This document shows, piece after piece, positions 30,405-36,959 of a DNA stretch of 52,842 nt. Each line of letters starts with the position of its first letter. Position 1 is the stretch's first letter. The notes beneath the pieces are model-generated. The model saw nothing but the letters and a program-made list of their open reading frames with translations, was not told where the DNA came from and made no database searches. Made by a program: the position numbers and the translations under genes. Source of the stretch: a virus (Duplodnaviria > Heunggongvirae > Uroviricota > Caudoviricetes); IMG/VR virus record IMGVR_UViG_3300006153_000005; one strand, given 5' to 3'.

Positions 30405-32213
30405 TTAATTGTAAAATGTTACATATTCGTATTCTGAACTATCCGAAAATAGATCCTGCTCCAAAAGCTCAATGAAATAGTTGCCATAAGATACCGAAGT
30501 ATACCGGTCTTTCCGTGCTCCAGACCGTTCTTCAATTTTAATAAGCCCAGTTTGATTTTGCACCGTATACTCCAGCCCAATCATTTCATTGATTAGTGCT
30601 ACAGTTTCCAAGAAAGGACGCTCATAAAAAAGCTGAGTTTCGACATCTGCTGTCTCATAGTCCGGAACAATTCGCTGTAGTTCCTCCACACCCTCTTGAT
30701 TGGGCACCATTAGCTCAATCATTTTACTGTTGAGTGTATTTTTCATACATACAGCGATTTTACTGTTCGTTTCCAACTGGGCTTTAATAGAGTAAACTAC
30801 TTCTTTCTGACCGGCAATTACGATACGAGATCTTAGGTTATCGTCGTTCATGCACGACCAAGGCTCATATTCTACATTGCGTTCTACATCATATAGAACC
30901 TTCGCTAAGGCATCGTAAATAGCAATACCTGCATTTCTGGTATCCAATACACAGTAGTCCGCATCAAAGTCTGTAAATAGTTGTTTGATCCGAATGGCCT
31001 GCTTGGTTGTTTCAAATTCCGTTTGAGGTTCCATATACACCACTTGCCGGCGATACCCTTGCTTAACTTCAATGTGTTCTCCGTTCACATCAGAAGTCTT
31101 GTATTCCATACTTTCTGGCAAAGCACGAATACAAGAGAAAATAGAGTTATCGTTGCTGTCTCCCCCCTCAGTGGCAATATCACAAGATATAATACGGATT
31201 TCTCCTTGCTGCCGAGGAATAGCATAGAGATTTCTTGCCCGCATCAAAACATCCTCGTTTTTCCGTGGATAGAATGGACGTTTTAGGCAACGGTTCTTAT
31301 TCAACATCTCGTAAGTAAAGTAAGCGTGGGCGTTTTCGGCAATCATTTGGTTTTCGTACTCGATTGCCCATGCTACACTATCCAGTTTGTTCCGTTCTTT
31401 GATAAGGAACGCCCTTGGTTTGATTGCGTGTTTCAACGAAATGCTATAATCCATGCCAATCAGAATAGCAGAATCTTTTTTCAACATATCTTTCACGATG
31501 ATCTTCATCTGATCCCACATCCAATGGTTTTTATACCATGCAGAACTGATATAGACCTCTTTCGGCTCCTCGATCAAAGAACTGTATTCCTCATACTTCA
31601 AAATACATGGAACCTGCCGCACATATAGAAAAGGAGAGAGAACGGTATCAATTATGTTTTTCAGAATCATACGGAACTCTTCATAAATCATTACAGTCGC
31701 ACGGTGTCCACGAGCATTGTCATTGGCCGGCACCACAATAATAGAGCTTCCATTATGGAAGAAAACCTCAATTTCATTCTGATTATCACGGATGCGCTCA
31801 ATCTCCGCCTGCAACAACGGAGATCGAGGTAGAATTTCCTTCTGGATTTTCTCAGACACAATCAGCTTTGCCTGTCCCTTCGTGGCTGAAGCTACGACGA
31901 TTTTCGCACCTGGTCGCAAAATTGCTTCCTTACAAGCATAAATCGCAATGATAAAGGATTTTGCGGCACTCCGCGCTGCAACCAGACAAATACTTGGAAA
32001 GATATCCATTAGAAACAAGATAATGTGTTGATAAAGGTGAAGAGTAATCCCAAAATAATACTGTACGAAACGGCTTGGGTTTCTTCTCCAAAAGGTAATC
32101 CAATCCATTAGTTTCTGTACTCTATGGGGATCTCCCAGATAGTTTGAGGATGAAAAATGCTCATGTACATGACGCTGCCGTTCATCCATAACTTTTTCGT
32201 AATTCATGCTCAC
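30405..32213 (-). CDS. terL: Terminase large subunit
   Basis: Walker A AARSAAKS, RGHRA, Walker B YEEFR, nuclease SCDIA and KDRY. Confidence 0.9.
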   Translation of the reverse strand: MSMNYEKVMDERQRHVHEHFSSSNYLGDPHRVQKLMDWITFWRRNPSRFVQYYFGITLHLYQHIILFLMDIFPSICLVAARSAAKSFIIAIYACKEAILRPGAKIVVASATKGQAKLIVSEKIQKEILPRSPLLQAEIERIRDNQNEIEVFFHNGSSIIVVPANDNARGHRATVMIYEEFRMILKNIIDTVLSPFLYVRQVPCILKYEEYSSLIEEPKEVYISSAWYKNHWMWDQMKIIVKDMLKKDSAILIGMDYSISLKHAIKPRAFLIKERNKLDSVAWAIEYENQMIAENAHAYFTYEMLNKNRCLKRPFYPRKNEDVLMRARNLYAIPRQQGEIRIISCDIATEGGDSNDNSIFSCIRALPESMEYKTSDVNGEHIEVKQGYRRQVVYMEPQTEFETTKQAIRIKQLFTDFDADYCVLDTRNAGIAIYDALAKVLYDVERNVEYEPWSCMNDDNLRSRIVIAGQKEVVYSIKAQLETNSKIAVCMKNTLNSKMIELMVPNQEGVEELQRIVPDYETADVETQLFYERPFLETVALINEMIGLEYTVQNQTGLIKIEERSGARKDRYTSVSYGNYFIELLEQDLFSDSSEYEYVTFYN

Positions 32214-33190
32214 TCCTCCGATCCAGACAGGTTAAACTCCTTATCCATTTCTTTGGAGCCAGTTAAAAGGTTGTTGAGTGGCCGTAACATGAACCTTTGA
32301 ATGTACTCTTTTAGATGGTCATAATCAGCATAAATCGCCTTATCCTTATAGAAGTCAGCCGGACAATGTTCCTCAATATCCCGAATCATCACACCCAAAG
32401 GACTGAGCTGCATTTCTGCTTCTGCTTTCTTCTTACGATCTTCAATCTCCGTTGTGGCCGCTTCGATAAACGCCTTGTAGGAATTTGCAAGAGCACCAAC
32501 ACCTGCCGCACTATTTTTCACACTGTTTTGTAAATTCAGCTTCAAATAGCAGATGGAAACATAAAGCTCATCCTGTCGTTTATCCACAGGCGCACCACAG
32601 CGATCTACCCAGCTGTCATATTCTCCTTGCAGGGTATCATAATCACCATCAGAGAATCCCAATCCAAATCTGCGGATCACCTCGATATTAGTTGTAATAT
32701 CGTCATTGTCCTCCGCCTCTTGTACAGTCGCAGCATTTTCAACCTCAGCCTCAAAGCGCCTGATTAGCGTATCGGAATATGTGGACTCTTTGCTGCTCTG
32801 CTTAATATTCAGCTTAGAGATATATCCACTCATGCGATTGCGATTGGCACTGATTTTTCGTGAAGCGGCCCATGCTGTTTCGTCCACACATAGATCAATA
32901 ATCTGACACACGCGCTCCATTGCAGAATCCTCATCCTTATCAAAGAACGGGATATTCTCTTCAAACATTTCTGCCACGCATTTACGACAGTAAACTACAT
33001 AACCGTTGTTCCCCTTAAACAGTGGGGACTTAGAAGGAGAAAAATTTCCCTCTTGCTTTGTGTACTCATGGCCGCAGCGTGGACAGCGATATACCCTATC
33101 CTCAACAACACGCGGCTCGGCCTCGCTCGGTTTTGCATCCTTATTCACTTTCAAAGGAGTAGGTTTCTTTAGCTGTTTCTTTGCCGCCAT
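32210..33190 (-). CDS. Putative terminase small subunit (Zn finger)
   Basis: CPRC...CRKC; overlaps terL start; position. Confidence 0.6.
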   Translation of the reverse strand: MAAKKQLKKPTPLKVNKDAKPSEAEPRVVEDRVYRCPRCGHEYTKQEGNFSPSKSPLFKGNNGYVVYCRKCVAEMFEENIPFFDKDEDSAMERVCQIIDLCVDETAWAASRKISANRNRMSGYISKLNIKQSSKESTYSDTLIRRFEAEVENAATVQEAEDNDDITTNIEVIRRFGLGFSDGDYDTLQGEYDSWVDRCGAPVDKRQDELYVSICYLKLNLQNSVKNSAAGVGALANSYKAFIEAATTEIEDRKKKAEAEMQLSPLGVMIRDIEEHCPADFYKDKAIYADYDHLKEYIQRFMLRPLNNLLTGSKEMDKEFNLSGSEE

Positions 33191-33216
33191 ACTGCGACCT
33201 CCCTTCTTAATATGAC

Positions 33217-33252
33217 AAAACCTCGGAAATCCGAAGATCCCGAGGTTTTTTT
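33217..33252. terminator. Bidirectional terminator-like hairpin between RNA island and packaging genes
   Basis: AAAACCTCGG/CCGAGGTTTT 10-bp stem; T7 tract on plus strand, T4 on minus strand. Confidence 0.65.
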
Positions 33253-33271
33253 AGTCGTTATAGTATTTTGC

Positions 33272-33347
33272 TGGTGCGCCTAAAGGGACTCGAACCCCCG
33301 GCCAACTGGTTAAAAGCCAGCTGCTCTACCAACTGAGCTACAGGCGC
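33272..33347 (-). tRNA. tRNA-Lys(UUU)
   Basis: Cloverleaf; anticodon loop CTTTTAA; TTCGAGT T-loop; encoded CCA. Confidence 0.97.
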
Positions 33348-33354
33348 ATATATA

Positions 33355-33645
33355 AGGGTGGGTAGGGTCTGTGTGGCCGTATCCCACTGGCCTACCCTCA
33401 CTGATACGGGTGCAAAACATACTTTTTCAGGCTCTCGAAGTCCCGTTGGGGTATGTTAGCCCGCCGCGCTCCTGATCGGCTATGCCGCTTTGCTTACAGC
33501 GTTTAGGTTATCTATCGCGTTTTGCCTGCGCCGGAATTTCACCGGAGGGAGCGACCCCTATGCTACCCACACTCGGTCAATTTTTATTTTACCGACGTGT
33601 CAGAACCGTCACACGTCATCCAGGGTAGAGGTGTGCCTTTTCAGG
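33355..33645 (-). ncRNA. Large ornate RNA, 3' domain (GOLLD-like)
   Basis: Hairpins GACGUGU/ACACGUC, CCGG-UGAAAUU-CCGG, CAUAC/GUAUG; long-range GUGGGUAG(33570-63)/CUACCCAC(33365-58); crossing CAGGC/GCCUG; no credible ORF. Confidence 0.6.
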
Positions 33646-33646
33646 C

Positions 33647-33723
33647 TGGTGGGTTGAGAAGGTAACGATCCTTCATCCTACGGTTTTTCAGACCGTCGCT
33701 CAGACCTCATAAGCCATCAACCC
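33647..33723 (-). tRNA. tRNA-Phe(GAA), atypical T-loop
   Basis: Cloverleaf; loop CTGAAAA; T-loop ATCGTTA; CCA. Confidence 0.85.
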
Positions 33724-33856
33724 ATATATGCGCATTTTTGTTTAACGGTAATCACAGGTCAGCGCATAAGACCACCGCCCGTTTCGTAGGGGTAACGCCT
33801 TTTCGTACCGTTTATCATAGGGTCGTTAGAAAATGGTAAATATCAACACATCCCGT

Positions 33857-33947
33857 TGGCGACGGAGGTGGGATTTGAACCCACGGACGGCTCATCACCG
33901 CCTCCAGTTTTCAGGACTGGTGCCATCAACCACTCGGCCACTCCGCC
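33857..33947 (-). tRNA. tRNA-Ser(UGA), C33
   Basis: Long variable arm; G73; anticodon loop CCTGAAA; CCA. Confidence 0.92.
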
Positions 33948-33998
33948 ATTTGAACCCGACCTTGTTTTAGTTGCATATCGGGTAGCAACAAACACTTG

Positions 33999-34085
33999 TG
34001 GTAGGGGAGGTGGGAATCGAACCCACTCAGCCCGAAAGCAACGGATTTACAGTCCGCCCCAGCTCTCCAACTCTGGCGCTCCCCT
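33999..34085 (-). tRNA. tRNA-Tyr(GUA)
   Basis: Class II cloverleaf; loop CTGTAAA; CCA. Confidence 0.95.
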
Positions 34086-34091
34086 ATATAA

Positions 34092-34430
34092 ATTGCATAA
34101 GTGACTCCACTCCCAGCCTCACCACACACCTTTACGCTGTGCCATATTTCAGCCTTTCTATCGGGGAGCAGGGGGATTAGTGTTTCCCATCTGAGTCTAC
34201 CAAGGTATTTCGATGTACATGACATCCGTTGCACATATCCACGCTTCCGCAGTTACGTGGCTGTTGCCATCTGTGTGCGGCTATGGCCTGTGCGCAGCTT
34301 CCGCAACGCCCTCGATAGTACAACGCTACCTAACCGCTCTTTCTTTTATGCCCAGTCACTCCCTCACAGGAGGCCACCTTGGATTACGACCGCCACTCAC
34401 AGCCGTGATATGTTATCTCAATCGGGCAAA
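34092..34430 (-). ncRNA. Large ornate RNA, 5' domain (GOLLD-like)
   Basis: Multiple hairpins; long-range GUGACU/AGUCAC and crossing CCAAGGU/ACCUUGG; 11/12-bp helix to the 33625-33636 segment. Confidence 0.5.
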
Positions 34431-34432
34431 TA

Positions 34433-34508
34433 TGGAGCTGGTGCAGGGACTCGAACCCAGAACCCACCGCTTACAAAACGGTTGCTCTACCATTAGAGCT
34501 ACACCAGC
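34433..34508 (-). tRNA. tRNA-Thr(UGU)
   Basis: Cloverleaf; loop TTTGTAA; CCA. Confidence 0.96.
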
Positions 34509-34511
34509 AAA

Positions 34512-34587
34512 TGGAGCTGACGCAGAGACTCGAACTCTGAACCCGCTGCTTACGAAACAACTGCTCTACCATTGGAGCTACGTCAGC
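34512..34587 (-). tRNA. tRNA-Thr(CGU)
   Basis: Cloverleaf; loop TTCGTAA; CCA; near-paralog of the adjacent Thr tRNA. Confidence 0.95.
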
Positions 34588-34588
34588 A

Positions 34589-34662
34589 TGGCAGGGGCCG
34601 AAAGATTTGAACTCTCACCAAAAGTTTTGGAGACTTTCATGCTACCGTTACACCAGACCCCT
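34589..34662 (-). tRNA. tRNA-Trp(CCA)
   Basis: Cloverleaf; loop CTCCAAA; G73; CCA. Confidence 0.95.
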
Positions 34663-34665
34663 ATA

Positions 34666-34741
34666 TGGCGACCTCGGCGGGTTTCGATCCCGCTACCTCC
34701 AGCGTGACAGGCTGGCGCTCTTCCGATTGAGCTACGAGGCC
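34666..34741 (-). tRNA. tRNA-Asp(GUC), T-loop begins with A
   Basis: Cloverleaf; loop CTGTCAC; T-loop ATCGAAA; CCA. Confidence 0.93.
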
Positions 34742-34744
34742 ATT

Positions 34745-34975
34745 TTACTTATCCCAAGGTATTTTATCATCTAAATCCAGGGGAGACTTCGCTGTACTAA
34801 TTTGTTCATATCCGTCTTCAACCTTGCGCCATAAAGTAAACCGCATCCTTTCCAGACATTGAGTTATGAAATATTCCTGTCCGGTTGTCGTAATACAATG
34901 AACACCAGTCCCATTCTCAGAAGAAGGAAATTTTCTCACGATTTTCGGTTTATTATCAGCAGATCCTCTTGCCAT
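34745..34975 (-). CDS. Small hypothetical protein embedded in tRNA array
   Basis: ATG 34975 (MARGSADNKPK) behind RBS AAGAGGAG; fills the gap between tRNA-Glu and tRNA-Asp. Confidence 0.7.
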   Translation of the reverse strand: MARGSADNKPKIVRKFPSSENGTGVHCITTTGQEYFITQCLERMRFTLWRKVEDGYEQISTAKSPLDLDDKIPWDK

Positions 34976-34990
34976 AGCTACTCCTCTTTT

Positions 34991-35067
34991 TGGTGATGCC
35001 GGAGAGATTTGAACTCTCAAACTCCGCCTTGAGAGGGCGGCGACTCTACCAATTCGTCCACGGCACC
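34991..35067 (-). tRNA. tRNA-Glu(CUC)
   Basis: Cloverleaf; loop CTCTCAA; CCA. Confidence 0.94.
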
Positions 35068-35072
35068 AAGTA

Positions 35073-35149
35073 TGGTACTCCCAGCGAGGCTCGAACTCGC
35101 ATTACCGGCTTGAAAGGCCAGCCTCCTATTCCAGTTAGAGGATGGGAGC
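35073..35149 (-). tRNA. tRNA-Glu(UUC)
   Basis: Cloverleaf; loop CTTTCAA; CCA. Confidence 0.94.
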
Positions 35150-35157
35150 ATATATTA

Positions 35158-35296
35158 AGATGTGGGCGAGGATTTGCACCTCACATAACCCAGCCAGAGC
35201 TGGAGTCCTCCGGTTGTATCGTCTTTGTCAAACGCCGCACAGCTCTCCACCACTGTCTTACGACTCCATAGCGTCTACCTATTCCGCCACCACATC
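35158..35296 (-). ncRNA. tRNA-like RNA with expanded anticodon arm and no encoded CCA
   Basis: Acceptor GAUGUGG/CCACAUC; Leu-type D arm GCGGAAUAGGUAGACGC; UGGAG/CUCCA stem enclosing ~58 nt; T arm GAGG-UGCAAAU-CCUC. Confidence 0.75.
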
Positions 35297-35298
35297 TT

Positions 35299-35372
35299 TG
35301 GCAGGGGTGGCTGGAATCGAACCAACGATGCGGGAGTCAAAGTCCCGTGCCTTACCATTTGGCGACACCCCT
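35299..35372 (-). tRNA. tRNA-Gln(UUG)
   Basis: Cloverleaf; loop CTTTGAC; G73; CCA. Confidence 0.95.
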
Positions 35373-35381
35373 AAATCGCTA

Positions 35382-35410
35382 TTGTATTTTTCTCAGAAAT
35401 ATGGTATAAA
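35382..35410 (+). promoter_or_regulatory. sigma70-type promoter of the antisense small gene
   Basis: TTGTAT-N17-TATAAA with extended -10 TG. Confidence 0.7.
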
Positions 35411-35444
35411 CTTCTTGTAGCAAACTTTATAAGGAGGCGTAACC

Positions 35445-35642
35445 ATGGCTGAGGAAAAGAAAACCGTTACTCGTAGGAAACGCACACCGGAACAACGTAT
35501 CAAGGACATCGACGCCCAGATCGCAAAGCTACAAGCAGAAAAAGCAGAGCTTGAAAAGCCAATCAAAATCCAACAGATCCTGGCAAAAGCATCCGATATG
35601 TCTCCCGAAGAAATCGCTGAAAAGCTCGGTATTGAGCTGTGA
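35445..35642 (+). CDS. Small coiled-coil protein, stand-alone unit antisense to the tRNA array
   Basis: RBS AAGGAGG; own promoter and terminator; MAEEKKTVTRRKRTPEQRIKDIDAQIAKLQAEK. Confidence 0.85.
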   Translation: MAEEKKTVTRRKRTPEQRIKDIDAQIAKLQAEKAELEKPIKIQQILAKASDMSPEEIAEKLGIEL

Positions 35643-35649
35643 TTTCTCT

Positions 35650-35675
35650 CCCCGCCGAAAGGCGGGGTTTCTTTA
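35650..35675 (+). terminator. Intrinsic terminator
   Basis: CCCCGCC-GAAA-GGCGGGG followed by TTTCTTT. Confidence 0.85.
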
Positions 35676-35751
35676 TGGAGATACCGATAGGATTTGAACC
35701 TACGATCCTGGGGTTGCGGCCCAGAGCCTTACCAATCTTGGCTACGGTATC
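35676..35751 (-). tRNA. tRNA-Cys(GCA), C33
   Basis: Cloverleaf; loop CCGCAAC; U73; CCA. Confidence 0.93.
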
Positions 35752-35865
35752 ATAACGGGCCTAACAGCGTGTATCGTTGCCTTATGCAATCACTGTTTCC
35801 ACTCTGAATAGAGCGTGTCAGGGTTTCTGGTTTTCCCTCCGCCTACTATAAACCCTTGTTCGGCT

Positions 35866-35951
35866 TGGTGCTGGTGGTGGGACTTGAACCCACACGCCAT
35901 TTCTGGCAACAGATTTTGAGTCTGCCTCGTCTGCCATTCCAACACACCAGC
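35866..35951 (-). tRNA. tRNA-Leu(CAA)
   Basis: Class II cloverleaf; loop CTCAAAA; CCA. Confidence 0.95.
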
Positions 35952-35959
35952 GTGTTTCC

Positions 35960-36024
35960 TACGGAGCACATTTTGGGTTGTCAATTAAAAGTTGATTCCA
36001 AAAAAAAGTTGCTGTTAGTGCTCC
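35960..36024 (-). ncRNA. ACAGCAA stem repeat, copy 1 (displays a Lys(UUU)-type anticodon loop)
   Basis: GGAGCAC-UAACAGCAA-...-UCAA[CUUUUAA]UUGA-...-GUGCUCC-GUAG. Confidence 0.6.
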
Positions 36025-36026
36025 AA

Positions 36027-36110
36027 TGGTAGGGATAGTGGGAGTCGAACCCACACGCGAACTGCGTCGGAACCTAAATCCGGTGCGTCTGCCAATTCCG
36101 CCATATCCCC
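36027..36110 (-). tRNA. tRNA-Leu(UAG)
   Basis: Class II cloverleaf; loop TTTAGGT; CCA. Confidence 0.95.
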
Positions 36111-36334
36111 ATAAAACCATCCAAGGCAATCTGATCGTCACCAGTTGCAAGGAGCTGCGGCCAGCTCCACATGGCTGGTAATATCCCACTTGGCTCTACG
36201 TTCACTAACGGTTTGTGGGCAACCAACAGGTATTTTTCCCTGCTCCCATCCCTCCACTATTTGCTAAAGATGCCAGGGGAGCCGGCACCTATCATCATAT
36301 CTGCCAAAGTAGAGAAGTCACAGATATAATAGAT

Positions 36335-36410
36335 TGGAGTGAGAAACGGGACTTGAACCCGCAACATCCGACTTGGAAGGACGGCGCTCTACCAGTTGAG
36401 CTATTCCCAC
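36335..36410 (-). tRNA. tRNA-Gly(UCC)
   Basis: Cloverleaf; loop CTTCCAA; U73; CCA. Confidence 0.96.
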
Positions 36411-36567
36411 ATATTGACCTACTCACACCGTAGGCCATGGTGCCAACTCTCTGCTGTTGGGACGCAGCGGTTTCGCTTGAAACCTGCTAAAAGTTTTCAC
36501 TGCCAGATTGTGAACATTTCTATTCCCCATTCAGTTTACAGTCTCCGCTCTGTTTGTGGGGTGGGCA

Positions 36568-36643
36568 TGGTGGCGGGAGTGGGACTCGAACCCACGATCT
36601 CCAACTTATGAGGATGACGAGATGACCGCTTCTCTATCCCGCT
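36568..36643 (-). tRNA. tRNA-Met(CAU), initiator-like but atypical
   Basis: A1xC72 mismatch and fMet-like D arm, but the anticodon stem UCAUC/GUUGG lacks the three G-C pairs; CCA. Confidence 0.85.
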
Positions 36644-36719
36644 ATATGTTGGCAGTTCTAAAAACAGCACCGATGTAGACATCAGTTGCCTGTAAACTCT
36701 CTGCCATGTTTTGAGCTAC

Positions 36720-36796
36720 TGGCTGGCAGGGTGGGACTCGAACCCACGACCCTCTGATTAACAGTCAGATGCTACTGCCATCTGAGCTACCCGCCA
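36720..36796 (-). tRNA. tRNA-Asn(GUU)
   Basis: Cloverleaf; loop CTGTTAA; G73; CCA. Confidence 0.95.
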
Positions 36797-36806
36797 ATAC
36801 TTAGGC

Positions 36807-36953
36807 TACGAGACGCGAAAAAAATGGAGGTGGTTATCCTTGTCGGACTTAAAAAACATTTGATAGAATATTTTGAAAATTTGCTGTGCGCGTCTCACAG
36901 GACACTTTTTTTCTTTTTTACCTTAAAAAATTATAAATTGCTGTTAGTGTCCC
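36807..36953 (-). repeat. ACAGCAA stem repeats, copies 2 and 3 in tandem
   Basis: GGGACAC-UAACAGCAA...GUGUCCU-GU (36897-36953) and GAGACGCG-CACAGCAA...CGCGUCUC-GUAG (36807-36896). Confidence 0.6.
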
Positions 36954-36959
36954 TATGTA

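Noticed and set aside
33857-33947. Suppressor or selenocysteine tRNA, and stop-codon recoding
   Set aside because: Anticodon UGA reads Ser UCA codons (Sec would be UCA); TAA, TAG and TGA all end normal genes in this window
33948-33998. Additional tRNA between Tyr and Ser (GGGUUCAAAU T-loop-like sequence)
   Set aside because: Only ~50 nt with no acceptor stem or D arm; at most a remnant hairpin
35158-35296. Group I intron in a tRNA-Leu
   Set aside because: The insert is only ~58 nt and lacks P7/R/S core motifs
35960-36953. CRISPR mini-array
   Set aside because: Repeat stems differ in sequence, spacing is irregular, and there are no constant direct repeats or cas genes
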